Source: Callorhinchus milii (lineage: Eukaryota). From it: DNA of 64,000 nucleotides. The stretch spans positions 132,806,001 to 132,870,000 of the forward strand of contig NW_024704742.1 in the NCBI RefSeq assembly GCF_018977255.1. The letters run 5' to 3'. The notes under the pieces were generated by a model. It was not told where the DNA came from, did not search any database, and saw only the letters and a program-made list of their open reading frames with translations. The first letter of the stretch is position 1. Each line of letters begins with the position of its first letter. This document shows, in pieces, positions 26,116 to 40,121 of the stretch. Both the position numbers and the translations under genes were made by a program.

Positions 26116-28659
26116 AATAACCTTTTTATTCTCACAAATGCCTTCCTTCACGTCTTGATTTGTTGTCGCATGTCAGAAAGATTGCCTTGAGGAGCAGTTG
26201 AAAAGAGGATTTTTTTGCCCCTCCTCAACAGAACCTTTCCATCCATGGCTGTTTGCGGGACATTGCTGCATGCAAACTGGAAAGCAACCAGGTTCCTACT
26301 TGCTGGGTAAACAGAGGCGTATGGAGTAAGGAAACTTGCCTAAGGTTTCGCTCCTCCCGGGAATCGAACCTGAGTCCTCTTACTTGTGAGGCGAATGCTC
26401 TACCACTACAAAAATACTTAGGTTCGGTCTTGTTTGGAATCCGGTTCCTTTCTATTGGGAAAAACAGGCTTGTGAATTAAGACTTAGCTGAAGAATTTTC
26501 CACAATTCTACGCGATATTATATTTGATGACAATGATGGGGTGCTAGAGGCTAAGTCTAGGTGGAATTTCAGGCCTCGCAATCATTAATCCACCGTCTCC
26601 CTTTCAGATGCCGACTGGCCTGCAAACAGTTTTCTTCACTGTTGCTACTCTTTTTTTGTTGTCTTTTGTCCTCTTATTTTTTGCCGACAATTTCTTAAAT
26701 TCTTTCCTCTGGGTCACAGGAACATAGGATCAGGAGGCCTTTCAGCCCCTCACGTGTCGAGACACGCACCGATTGAGAACAGGGAAGGAGGATAGACACC
26801 TGGCCCCAGATCACTAGCAGATTAGTGTGTGAGCAGCCAAGGTGTCAACGTGGCTCCATCGGTAGCACTCGGGTGTCTGGGTCAGACCCTTGTGGGTTCA
26901 AGCCGTGTCTCCGGATTGACTCTTACCTCTGAGTCAGGACGTCGAGACTTTGAGCTCACTGTCCAGGCTAATACTCCAATGTAGTGTTGGGGGAGCTCGG
27001 CGTTGTTAGAGGCGCCGTCCTTTGGATGAGACATTTAAACGGAGACTCCCTCTGCCTCTTCAGGTGGTTGTTAAAGATCCCGCGGAACTATTCAAAAAGA
27101 GAAGGGAGTTTCTCCCAGTACCCTGGCCAACAATCCCTTGGAATAAAACTGGTCATTTGCTTCGCAGTTGTTTGTGGGATATTAATGTGTGCAAATTGGC
27201 TGATTACCAACAAAATACACGGTCCCTAGTACACAGTCACAGTAAGTTCCAGGAAGCGCTTTGAGACATTCTGATGAGGTGACATAAAAAGAGCCTGCCC
27301 ACTACCTCCGCTCTTTGATCATGCTTTTGGCTTCCCTCTCATCCCCCTATCCTTCATCCCTCTTGATATCAACCCCCAGCTTGGGTGCAAACCCTTAACT
27401 GTCAAGCGCCTTGGGACATCCTTCCGATGTGAAAGGCGCTGTATAAATGCAATTTTGTTGTTGATTATTACTGTCATTATTATTATACGCAGCGGTTGCA
27501 TTCCTACTTCTGCTGCCTCTACACTGCTGTTCGTAAACAGTTTCCCTTTCCCTTGTCTTTTACACTCGGGGCCCTGAGAGGAACAGAACAGAGCAAATTC
27601 ACTACCCTAGTGTGCATTCCCATCCTACCCACTCCCATTCGATGGATTTAGCTGCAGGGAAGGCACAAGCCCACCTGTTGTGGAAAAGGGTGTGTGTGGA
27701 GTGGGGGGGGGGGAAGAGGAATCAGATGCCAGTGCTTCTCAGAAGTTGGTCTGTAACTTTATACATGACTCAAGACCCTCTCCCCTCCTCGGAGATCAAA
27801 GAGGCACAGTGAATGCTGATGCCCCCACTCCCCCTCCCCCTCTACACCACCAATCTCAAACGTTGTATTGTGTTTGCGGAGTTGAAAAAAACACAGCAAA
27901 CTGCAACACATCAAAGGGTTAATGTTTAAACTCAGCTGATCCGCTGCTCTCAGCCGGCGCTCGTATTACAACAGGGCTCAGTACAGAGCATCACCCTTAA
28001 AGTGCTGCCTTGGCCCAACCCGGCCTTTTTATCCACAAAGGTGTCAACTTTCCCCCTTAAAAGCGTCTTTCTTTAAAGAGACACAGGTTATCAGGTGACT
28101 GGGGGTCAGTCTCTCTTTATCTCTCTCTCTCTCCCCCCCTCACAGTTCCCCACCATTAGCCATGCTCACTGACTTGCATGAATGTCAAACAATAGTCAGA
28201 TGTCACTGATAGTTAAACCGGTGACTGGTTTAATTCCAGCACCCAATGGCCTGGGAATCGCACTCCTACTCAGCAGTCAAGCGACTGGACAAAACGCTGA
28301 TGCCTTAAAAAAAATATACACTGAGCAGAATATAGTGCAAAATAAGGCTATCGGGCCAGCACATTGCATCACATCACATCACACTCTGGATGTCTGACTG
28401 ACATTGACATTGGGCACTGGCGGGGGCTTATTTTTTGCAAGAGGAAAGGTTTCCAAACTCAAAACTTTGCAAGGTCATTGCATGCCAGCGGTCATAATGT
28501 GTCGACACTGAAGCCGCACCAGGACCGGACCTATTAGAGCAAAAACCCTTTCCAACGAGGGAGCCTTTCACCGTTATCAGACAAGATCACATGTCTCGGG
28601 CCTTTATGGGGGCTGCGAGGAGGGAGCGGTGAAGTCATAGCCCTGTTTGATACTAGGTG

Positions 28660-29085
28660 TCATTCTGACTCTTGCCTCTTAGTCAGGGCATCGACTCTTT
28701 GAGCTCACAGTCTAGGCTGACGCTCCAGTGAGATGCTGGGGCGAGCGCTGTATTGTCAGAGAGGACATTCTTTGGATGAGACGTTAAACCCAGATCCCGT
28801 CTGCCTGTTTGGGTGGATGATAAAGATCCCATGGCCTTATTCGAAAGGAGAAGGGAGTTTCTTCTCTCCCAGTGTCTTGGCCAACAATCCCCCAATCAAA
28901 ACTGGTCACTCACTCCTTGGATGTTTGTGAGACATTGCTGTGTGAAACTGGCTATCGCATATCGCCCACAAAATATACAGTCCAAATACTTTATAGTAAA
29001 TCCCATGAAGCACTTTGAGATGTCTCAAATGACATGATAAGGCACTATATCAAATGCTAGGATTATTTTAATTTTATTATTATTA
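28660..29085 (+). mobile_element. Deu-domain SINE
   Basis: tttggatgagacgttaaacc core and (TTA)n tail. Confidence 0.75.
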
Positions 29086-32000
29086 TGAGGCTATCCTTTG
29101 GTGAAGATCTAGCACTTTCTGGGCACCTTCCTGAAGTTGCCCTCTGGGTTGCAAATTAGTGCTGAGTTTGAGAATGTTCCACGATTCTGGGAATTATCTT
29201 TAAGCATCAGGATAAAGCAGTCTTTCAGGCTAAGACTGGGTGGAATTTCAGGCCCCCGATGTGAGAAACTAATGCAGTCGAGTTTAAATTATAATTTTAA
29301 ACCCCCAAATCATCAACAACAACTTGCATTTATACAGCGTCCTTCACATAGAATAGCGTCTCAGGGCGCTGCACAGTGGCAAGGTTGGATGGGAACAAGG
29401 GAGAAGGGGGAGCTAACCATACGTGCAGTCAAAGACTTAAAGTAGGCCTTAAGTTTTAAATTTTAAAGACAGATACAAGACCTGAGAGATAAAAAAAACA
29501 TATATAACCCCTGGCATTCGATATAGCGCCTTTCATGTTGAAAGGACGTCCAAAGCACTTCACAGGAACTACTCTAACATACAGCGACTGTGTGCTTTAT
29601 GGGCGAACGTGGCAGCCGATTTGCACACAGCTAGATCCCACAAACAGCCGAATCTGAAGCAAGTGGTCAAGGTGCAAGATTGCAGCAATCGATGAGTTAA
29701 ATTCACACCCGCATGTGCTGGAGCAGAACGGATCACTGCAGGTAATCTGGGCTGGTCCCAAAGTCAAATGAAATAAAAACGGATAAAACAATCTTCACTT
29801 TATCTTGTGTACGCATCGATCAGGCTTTTTGCAAGCAGCTGTCTAATTCCTTCTTGCTGAAAGCTGGCCCACTGATGTTGGGGTGGATTAAGCAGGGGAC
29901 ACGAAGCAGGGCTGTGTTTGCTGAGCGGAGGGAGTGGACCTAGAGGCAGAAAGACTGTGGGTGGCATTGAAGCTATGGAGAAATTAGAATAATAATAATA
30001 TAATAATCCTTGCATTGGATATTGCGCCTTATCACGTTGTTGAGACCTCACCAAATATATTGTAAAGTGGATTGACTGTGCATTTGTGGGCGAACCTTGG
30101 CAGCCAATTGCATACAGATGTGTCCCACAGTCGTTTTTTTGAGGGATTATTACCCCCGGAAAGCGATCCGGCAATTGACTAACAACCGGGTTCCTACTTA
30201 CTGCTAGGTAAACAGATGTGTGAAGTAAGGAATTTTGCCAAGGTCGTGGGAGATGTCTCAGGCTGCAACAACAACAACTTGCATTTACCTAGTGCTCCCC
30301 CCCCACACACATGGTAGCGTACCAGAGCACTTGATAGTGGCGGAGCACGATACCGAGGGGGAGGGGGAATGTGACCGTAGGCACGGTGGAAGAGGAAGGT
30401 CTTTCGGCGGCTTGTCCTGGAGGTGGGGAGGGAGGGGGCAAGGCGGAGGGATAGAGGAAGAGTGGTCCAGAATTTCAGGGCATGGTGGCTGAAAGCACGG
30501 CTACCCACTGGTGGAACAGAGGGGACGAGGGACAAGCAGAGTTCTGGATGGTCTGGGGCAGAAATTATACAACAGGCAAAACCCAATAACCAGCGGTTGC
30601 TAGCTCTCGGCGCAGAGTGACCTCACCCAGAGCCATGTTATTATTCACACCATTAAGATCCTTCCAGAACTGCACGCTTATTCAGATCGTAGCTTATTAT
30701 TGGTTTAATCTCACTGACTAACACTGTTTCTGTGCAGCACCAGAACAGCAGGTCCCTTTATCTGGTCACAAAGCATGCGTCGCATTATTACAATATGCTT
30801 TTGTGGGGAACAAAGGAAGGTAATTTTGATCAAACAAGGATTATACGGGGTATCAGTGGAAGGGCCGTTTGAAAAAAAGAGCCTGTGAAGATTGGAAAAT
30901 ATTGAGTAAGCACAACAGAACAAAAGACCCCTTTCGAACCTTTTGCTTTTAAAACTGTGGTAATGGGCCCTCCCTCACGCCCACCCACCAGCTTATCAAG
31001 AGATCACTGCACAACACTTTTCTGCAACACTGTTAGCTGTCAGATGTTTCGTCCGGCGAAACTTTGTACACATATACAATAAATTACATTTCTATGGATC
31101 ACCCCCCACCCCACACACAAAAGCAGATTGACTGGCACTAAAACTGGAAGCTGGAACATTGGGAAAAAAGCCACCCCCATCCATCCATCAATCTATCCAC
31201 ACGCACACATCACACACACAGCGAAATGTCTCAAAGAGTTTTTGTAAAGGGTAGTGCAGGCAAACGTGGCGGCCAATTTACGCACAGCACAAATAGCCAT
31301 GAAGCAAACAACCTGGCCAAAAAAACAACTGTCTAAGGGACACATCTGTATGCAATTGGCTTGTGGGCCAGGCCAGCGGGATAAAGGTGCAATGTCCACC
31401 TGAACAGGCAGACAGGACCTCGGCTTAATGTTTGATCCCAAGGGTGGACCCTCAGACATTGGAGCGCACCCATCTGCTAACCCCACCCCCNGTCCAAGTC
31501 CCCCACAGCCCTGCACTGGAGCAGCAGCATAGGATGTTGAAGCTGGAGTGGGTAACTCTGATAACACAAGCAGAATGATGTGACAGAAAGACCTGGGATA
31601 ATCACTGTAACAATAATCCTTGCATTTGATATGGTACCTGATCACGTTGTCGATAAGTCTCGCACAGATTCACAGGATATACTGTAAAGTGTAGTGACCG
31701 TTTATTTTGGTGGGTGAATGCGACGGTCAATTTATCCACAAGCAATGTCCCACAAACAGCCATGGAGTGAACATCACTATGTGTTCTTCATAAATGTTAT
31801 TTCCCCTTCATTTAGCTGCTTGATATTGGAATACTGTCTCAATGTCTTTACAGAATGTGAAGTGCTGTTTATGCCAGTACGTTGCAAAGGGGATCAGAGT
31901 CAGGCCTGTCAAAATGACACACAAACACTTGTATTTAGTATGTTTTCCTGCAGTTTGGCATTCAAACATTTCTAAAAATTATTATTATTAATAAAGCGAA

Positions 32001-35000
32001 ATACTCTGAAGCATAGTGACTGTATTTTATAGGCGAAAACGACAGCCAATTTTATGCACAACAACCCCCCCCCCTAGAAACAGCCATGACCTATCATGTT
32101 CGGAATTTTTTGTTGATTTGCGCCACATTTATTCGAGAAAAGGATGTGGTGGGTGGAGGGCGGGGGTGGGAAGCAAATTGCATTAAGTTCTCCTCCATCC
32201 AGAAAAAACAGACACGGAAAAAACACTGAAATAAAAGCTTGGGGGAGAAGGTTACTTTGTGAATAAAAGAAATGACTTCTATGATCCTAATCTATAATAA
32301 GCAGGAAAATCTGACTGTACTGTGGCTGTTGCTGGCTTCACGAAGCACGTAGGCAAAGGGAGTGTTGAGATCAGTTTGCCTCCACTGTTGAAAGACCAGC
32401 AACAAACCCACAACACAGAAGCTCCCATCCACACACACACACACACTCCTCCGATTACATTGCACATTACCTGGGCAGGGCATGTTTTATTTGCAAACAA
32501 ACCATTACCAGAGGAAGCATCCACCTAAAACAAGGCGGAATATCAAAGAGATTCCTCATTATTTCCACACACACCCTTTCAACGTACGTGATCAAGTGCT
32601 ATATCAAATGCAAGAATTTTTATTACTATTAATAGACCCTGCTGGACTCAAATTCAATATTTAATTTGTTTTGAGATGTCCTCCCAATGTTAAAGCTACT
32701 ATACAAATGTAATTCGATTTGAGTAATCCTTACGTTTCATATCAAACCTTTCACATCACAAGGACACCTCAAAGCGCTTCAAGGGATTTACTAAAAAGTT
32801 ATAATAAACAATACTTTAATGAGATAATGATGTAGCGCCTTGTCACATCATCAAGAAATCTCAAAGAGCTTCACAGGATTTACTATAAAGTGCAGTGACT
32901 GTGTATTTCATGGGCAAACGGGACAGCCAATTTGTGCACAGCAATGTCCCACAAACAGCCATGAAGTGAATGACTAATTGTATCTGGGGTATTGTTAGCC
33001 AGGACATCGGGAGAAACTCCCTTCTCTTTTCATTGAATAGTGTCACAGGATACTTTACATCCACCTGAGCAGGCAGACAGGACCTAGGCTTAACATTGCA
33101 TCTGGAAGACAGCACTTCCAACACTGCAGCACACCCCCAGCACTGCATTGGTGGCTTTGCCGAGACTTTAAGTTTAAAATCCCAATGTCCCAAAAACCCA
33201 CAACCTTCAAACTCAGAGATGAGAATGATACCAATTGAGTCCCGGTGATCCAATGTTGTTGTGAATCGGTGGGAGGGGCAGCGGAGAAGAAGTGGAAAGA
33301 GGAAATTCCACGAGCGAAACAGAATTGCACTTGGATAAAGAACTTGCATTTGTTCCAGCACATGCCAAAACATCAAGTGCATTCACTGGAATTACTGTGA
33401 AGTATAGTGACTGTTTCATTCGCAGGCAAGGTTAATGGTCAGCCAATTCAGGCCACGACCCTACTAAATAAGAACAACAAAAAATGTAATTTATATAGCG
33501 CCTTTCACGTCGGGAGGAGACGTCCTCAAGGCGCTGGACAATGAGTGGTTTACACCCCACATGCAGGTTGGGATCAGAGAAGGATCAAAATACGAGTCTT
33601 TGAATTGTATTTTTATAAAAGTGGCCACCACTTTAGTTGCATCTTTACAGTGATGTGTAAGTGTGATCTCTGCGTGAGATAACAGTGTGACGTAATATAT
33701 TATGAGGTTCAGGACAGGAACTGTAACAGATAAAACGGAGCCCAATTTAACCAATTCTATGACAGCGTGAGGAGTGTTATAATCCCTCTCGGAGCCACTG
33801 GTTTTAGCAAACACTCCCCAGTGACCCTGCTCCCTGTCCCTTGAGATTGTGCCGCTAGGTCTCTGTTTGTTTGCAGTCATTTCCAAGTCTGTAGTGTAGC
33901 AAAAAAGGCTCTCTGATCCTTAGCCGCAGAGTCAGATGCTCAACAATAGCGCAGAGAAAAAGACACTTGGTGGGAGGTCTGGCTTAAAAATGTGTCCCAT
34001 CCCCCCCTCCCCTCCTTCCCTTCCTCCTCTCTCACGCCTTTCCCTCCCCCTCTCCACTCCCCCCGCGTCCTCTCCCACTGGCAGTCAAGCATTGGGCCTG
34101 CTGTTCTCCTGTTCGAGGATAATGATATTAGTCGGAGGTGGAGAAGACAGAAAGTCAATGACCGGATTTGTTCAATTTAACCTCTTGACCTGCCAGCTTC
34201 TTCATTCTGACACTCTAGCTCTCTCGCAATGGGGAGAACAGGAGCCGGCAGACGTCAAAGCATAGGAGGAAGCAGTCTCCGAGCCGGACCAATCCAGGCC
34301 AGAGCGATGTCTCCCAATGACCCTGTCGCCTGTCACTGCGAATCACTACGCTTTACAGAGGATGTCACCATGTTTCGCCCACAAAATATATAGTCAATTC
34401 ACTTTACAGGATACTCTATGAAACGCTTAGAAACGTCTCAAAAACGTGATAAGGCGCTGTATCAAATGCAAGGATTATTTTTTTTTATCAGCCTATCCCT
34501 CTCCATTACCCCCACCCTTGTGTGTACGTGTATTTGCCACTTTTCTCAACCTACTTTGTGGATGTCACCTTCACGGAGCTTTGAGAAAATTTAAAATTCG
34601 TCTCAATTCTCTATGTGCAAATTGGCTGCCGCCTTCGCCTACAAAATGCGCGTCTCTACAGAAAAAAATCTTGTCAAGCGCTTTGAGACGCTTGACAAGA
34701 TTAATAAGGCAAATTGAATGCAGGGATTCTTATTATGCATTTTTTTATATTTGATATAGCGCCTTTCACATCAGGAGAATATCTCTGTAAAATAGAGTCA
34801 CTGTGTATTTTGTGGGTGAAATGCGGCAGTCAGTTTGCACGTAGCATACAGCCCTGGAGTGAATGACCAATTTTATTTGGGGGATTGTTGGCCAGGACAC
34901 GGGATCTTTAACGTCCACCTGAGCAGACAGACGGAAACTCAGTTAAACATCTCAACAGAAGGACAGCACATCCGACCAAGCAACACCCCTCCAGCGCTAC

Positions 35001-35574
35001 ATTGCAGTGCTAGCTTAGACTGTCATTCCAAGCCACGATGTGGGGCTGGAACCCACAACCTTGTCACTCAGAGGTCAGAGTGCTACCATTGCGCCAGCCT
35101 GACACACAAATCATGCCATGGGAACTTTAATAACCACCTGGATAGGCAGATGGGATCTCAGTTTAGCATTTCATCCGAAGGACAGCATATTGGAGTGTTA
35201 GACTTGTGAATTCAAAGTCCTCGACATAGGATTTGAAACCACAACCTTTTTGACTCGGAGGCAAGAGTGCTAATGACTGAACCAGGTGGTGTAACCATTT
35301 AATTTCCATTATTAATAATACTTCCATTGAGTATTGTTATTGTATTCAATAATTCGTTGTTGGAACCACAGAAATTTACCACACAGAAAAAAGCCATTCA
35401 GCCCATAGTGTCTGTGCCGGTTGTTTCAAAAATAAATCCTTTTAGTCCCATTTACCTACTCTTTCTTCTGTAAATACCCATGCAGTTTACTCTATCTAGT
35501 TCCCTTTTAAAAGCCAATAATGATTGCAAGACCCTACCACACATAAAGGGCACTACATAAATGCATATTGTTCT

Positions 35575-36165
35575 TGTTGATCTTGTTACACCAGTCACTA
35601 AATGTTAGCATGCAGGTACAGCAAGCAACTTGGAAGGCTAATGCCATGTTGGCATTTGTTGCAAAAGGGTTAGAGTACAAGAGTAGGGAAGTCTTGTGCA
35701 GTTGTGTAAGGCCTTGATGAGACCGCACCTAGAATATTTTGTGCAGTTTTGGTCTCCTTATTTAAGAAAGGACATACTCGCCTTAGAAGTGATCTTATAG
35801 AAACCTACACGTTTCTTAATGGTCTTCACAGGATAGATGCCGTGAGACTGTTTCCCCTGGGTGGAGAATCTAAAACTAGGGGTCACGGTCTCAAGATTAA
35901 GGGTCAGCTGAGTTGAGGAAACATTTCTTCACTCAGAGGGTGGTGAATTTGTGGAATTCTCTACACCAGAAGGCTGTGGATGCTCAGTCCTTGAACATAT
36001 TCAAGACTGAGGTTCGATAAGATTTCTAAAGGGTAGAGGGATTAAGGGATATGGGGATAGGGCGGGTAAATGGAATTAGGTTAGAAGATCAGCCATGATC
36101 TTATTAAATGGCTGTGCACGCTTGAGAGACCGAATGGCCTACTCCTGCTCCTACGTCTTATGGTT
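35575..36165 (+). mobile_element. CR1 LINE 3' fragment (ORF2 end and 3' UTR), degraded and internally deleted
   Basis: aaggctaatgccatgttggcatt...gagaccgcacctagaatattttgtgcagttttggtctcc (RPHLEY.VQFWSP), ttcactcagagggtggtgaat, and the terminal gaccgaatggcctactcctgctcct. Confidence 0.85.
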
Positions 36166-36502
36166 ACCTTAACCTCAGCTATCAGTGGGGCATTCCAGAG
36201 CATTGTTGGGGTCTAAAAGGCGACATGTGATGTGATAATAATCATCCACCCACTAGAATTATCTCATCTCATTTTACGTCCCATTATCTGATAACTGGAT
36301 CAAATCACAAGCTTGCCTTGAGCAGATTTTTTTTGCAGCTGTATGTTAAATCCGGGTTATTATTAAAGGGATGTTATTACAGCGCAAAATTAATTTGCAA
36401 TGCAAAACTTCCTCCTAGCTAGTGTTAATCATAACAATCATATTTGTCTAATGAGCTATTTAAAACAGTAATCTTTTCTTGATTGCTGTTTAAGCTAAGT
36501 GA

Positions 36503-36517
36503 TAGCCTGGCTCAGTT

Positions 36518-36548
<31 letters not shown>

Positions 36549-36930
36549 GTAGGTTCAAGCCCCACATTGGGACTTTGAGGTCACAGTCTGGTTGACATTG
36601 CAGTGCTGGGGCGAGAGCTGCTTTGTAGGAGGTGCCGTCCTTCGGATGAGACGCTGAACCAAGGTCCCATCTGCCTGATCTGGTGGACTCCAAGATCCTG
36701 TAGCACTATTCGAAAAGAGAAGAGAGTTTCTCCCAGTGTCCTGACCAACAATCCCTAAATAAAATTGGTTATCCACTTAATGGCTGTTCATGGAACATTT
36801 CTGTGCATAAATTGGTTGCCAACAAAATACACAGTCACCGCCTGGGAAGCATTTTGAGACTTCCTCCTGATGTGAAAGGCATAGATTAAATTCAAGGATA
36901 ATCATCATTATTATAATAATTATTATTATT
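36503..36930 (+). mobile_element. Full-length Deu-domain SINE (representative of dozens of copies and fragments in the window)
   Basis: A box tggctcagttgg, B box ggttcaagcc, core gccgtccttcggatgagacg, L2-like tail and (TAA/TTA)n. Confidence 0.85.
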
Positions 36931-37899
36931 AGGGAGAGGAGGGGAGAAAAACTGGGTGTTTCTGTTGTCATTGCAGAATGATGGGAACCCATCCCATATA
37001 AAACAATCTCACTTTAATAATAAAGGTGTATCTCCAGCCTTGTGGAGGTGCTGTTCACAATACGTGCAAAATGTTATTTTTTGTGTTAATGGGTTGAGCA
37101 CGTGCCAGGCTTACAGATTGTTAAGCAAAACCTTTGGCACTGTAACGTCGCCTAGTCTCGCTGTCAAGTCAAGGGAAATACACACCTTGGGCAAATCTTG
37201 GAGAGAGGCCAAGGGATTATACCAACACTAGGAGGTTGGATCCAATCCAACAAACAGCGGGTTTGCAAATCACAGATAAGCCTTCACGCAGTCTATTATC
37301 TCTTTGGCCTAATGGCTGATGTGCTTATTATTGCAGTTAAGGCTCAGAATTTTATACCCACTTGCTAATCATCTCTACTGACCCCAGCCATTAAAATCAC
37401 ACTCAAACTCCTTGCATTTGGTACAATTATAATAATCCTTGCATTTAGTGTCTATGTCGGTGTCATTGAGACATCTCAAAGCACTTCACGGAATATACTA
37501 TAAAGTGAATTGACTGTATATTGTAGGTAGTTTCTCTGTACTATTTCAATTCATTTGGGGGGGGAATCAGCCAGGTGTCTGAGTATCCAAACCGTGCTTA
37601 AGAGTATCCAAATCAAACTGAGAATTCCATGCATCCCACTCATATATCACTGAGTAGTGTTGCAGAATAGCACGTAGAACAGAAACCAGTCTATGGGGGC
37701 AGGGATTCTTCCCACTCAGCTCCTGTAAACCCTGCAAATCAAAGTCCTAAAAGCTATGGTGGTTCACCCCCCACCCCCTGCTTCTCTGGTTTGCTGTCAA
37801 ACTCCGCCACTGTTAAGCACTCTGAGATCCTATCCCACATAAAAGGGTACTAAATAAATGCAAGTTGTTGTTGTTGAAATTTCCAGGATATTTATTGGA

Positions 37900-38115
37900 A
37901 TAGAATGTGCACTCTCTCCCTTGTGTCACTCATCCTGTTTACCTAATTCTGGTGGAGAGTATTAGACGCAGGTTGGCAAGAGCCAAGGCTTGGGGACCCC
38001 AGAGTTTGCGTTGGGGTAACTGCTGGAGCTTAACCAGCTAAAACCGCAGAGTTTGCCATAGAACACCGCCTGGCAAAATAGCCACTGTTTGTACAGCGAG
38101 GACCACCTACCTGAT
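37900..38115 (+). repeat. Unclassified structured repeat, copy 2
   Basis: Colinear with 9180-9375 plus 10022-10040. Upstream gagtatccaaac motifs (about 37581-37612) also match about 9092-9103. Confidence 0.75.
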
Positions 38116-40121
38116 AGCTAGGGCATTGAATGGTCAACCAACGTTACAGTCTTAGGAATGGCATTGAAACACACTTGGGCTCAGTCCAGAACAGTATGTT
38201 ACACAGTCATATAGAGTTACATACAGTGGCAAATTGGCAAGGAAATAGACCAATCATTCCAACTAGTCTATGCCTGTGTTTTTGCCAACCACAAGCCTCC
38301 ACCCCACCTAATCCCCCCCCTCCCCCCCATACCCCTCTATTCTCTTCTCCCTCATGTACAGCATGGATTGGGATATTATAAAAAACGGGTGGTAAAGCGG
38401 CAGTCAGTATCAGCACCACCCAACTTCAGCGGAATGCACTTGTGTATAATGTGGCAGGATGAGCAGAAACGCTGCTAACAGCAGATTAGATAAGAAAAGC
38501 TGCTAACAATGCTGGGTGAGTGGGAAATCAGGGCATTTCCTGCATCGACTTTCATTAGCTTTACAGAGTTGCATTTGACTGCGGATTGGAAACCTCTGCT
38601 GGTGTTATGAGCACCTTTCTGAAGGAGAATGCTTCCTCCCCAGCCCCTTTAATCGCAATTGTATTCCCCGTGTCACTTCTTTTATTCCTCAAAGGTTTCT
38701 CACCAGTGAGCAAAAAAAACAGATGCAGCATCAAGCCAGTTGCAGTGTTTATAGACTGCACTGTATTGTATGTAGCTTACAAGCAGTATCGGACAAGCAG
38801 CGGGAAACTTGCCAGACAGTGCTGTCAATGGCAAGCAATGTGTTTTATAGCTGTGTAAATTCCAGCAATTACCTCCAACGCAGAGCCCAAGCCTAGGCTG
38901 TTGCCAATCTGCACCTAATGCTCTCTGGAATTAAGACAGGCAGGGGGCTTCCCTGGGTGCAACTCTCAGTCTGGTTTGTATACTCTTCAGTACGCTGACA
39001 GGTTTCTGCTTCTATCGGACTGATGAAAAAAAATACTGTGCAAGTCAGATTTTTTTAATATTCTGTAGTTTCTGAAGGTACAGAGGTAAGCTTGTGCTTG
39101 GTTTCCGCTATAGCAGTCTAGGGGAGGGGAGGAAAGTAGAGGGAGCAAGGTTTGCAGAGTACAAGACAAAATGAGCTTGATTGCCCTGATAAAGGGTCAG
39201 TCTGGGATCAAATTAACCCACAAATTTAAACATTGACTTTACTGCTCAGCAGGAGAAACACAGAAATGTTCGATCCCAATTTGTACAGAAATACAGAAAT
39301 GGAGCGAATGACTGCGGGGCTGTTGGCCAGGACATGCGGAGAGAGAAATTCCCTTCCCTTTTCAAGTAGTGCCACAGGGATCTATAGCGTCTACCTGAAA
39401 GGGCAGATGGGACCGCAGTTCAGCGTCTTATCTGAATGATGGCATCTCTGACAATGTAGCACTCCCTCCAGCACTGCACTGGTGCGTCAGCCTGGACTGT
39501 GAGCCCGGCGTGGGGCTTGAAGCCACAACCTTACTCCCTCAGGGGCGAGAGTGCGATCAACTGAACCAGGCTGATACCTGGCTTGTTAATGGTTCACATT
39601 TCTACCTCGCCTATTTGCTTTGGCCTGGATGTGACGATATCCCATTGAAGAGATGAGATTCCACACCCCTTTGTGCATTGGACCATGCAATGCTTATCCA
39701 GGTTCAGTGAATGTCAGTGACGGGTGGTGGGAGGCTTGAAGCTTTCATAAGAATCAAACCTGTGCAACAGTATCTGGCTGCAGGAAATCAGGAGGGGATG
39801 AGTGATGGCACTGTAATTCTTCTCCAGCTATAAATCCAGAGAGCCCAGTCATCGTAGCACACTTCGCGCCATTAGCTCGCGTTACAACTCTCATTAAATT
39901 GGGTGCACATCAGCGCTCAGTTGTAAAATTGGACTGTTTTCAGCCGAACGAATGAGGCAGTGATGTTAACCCTTGGAGCTCCGAGCTTTCTCACCGCACC
40001 TGATGGGGTGGCAGGAATTCCGGTCTCTATCACTCGTGTCAGCCTGGCTCAGTTGTTGGCAATCTCACTCAATCAAGGTTGTGAGTTCAAGCCGCACACC
40101 TTTTAGACTCATCACAAGAGC

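Noticed and set aside
31040..31065. Hairpin GTTTCG-TCCGG-CGAAAC with hammerhead-like GACGAAAC on the minus strand
   Set aside because: No CTGANGA core in a compatible position.
37980..38040. Minus-strand GGTCCCCAAGCC and an upstream TAA resembling the twister ribozyme core
   Set aside because: The loop has an extra C, there is no good P4 stem, and no GAGGG pseudoknot partner lies on either side.
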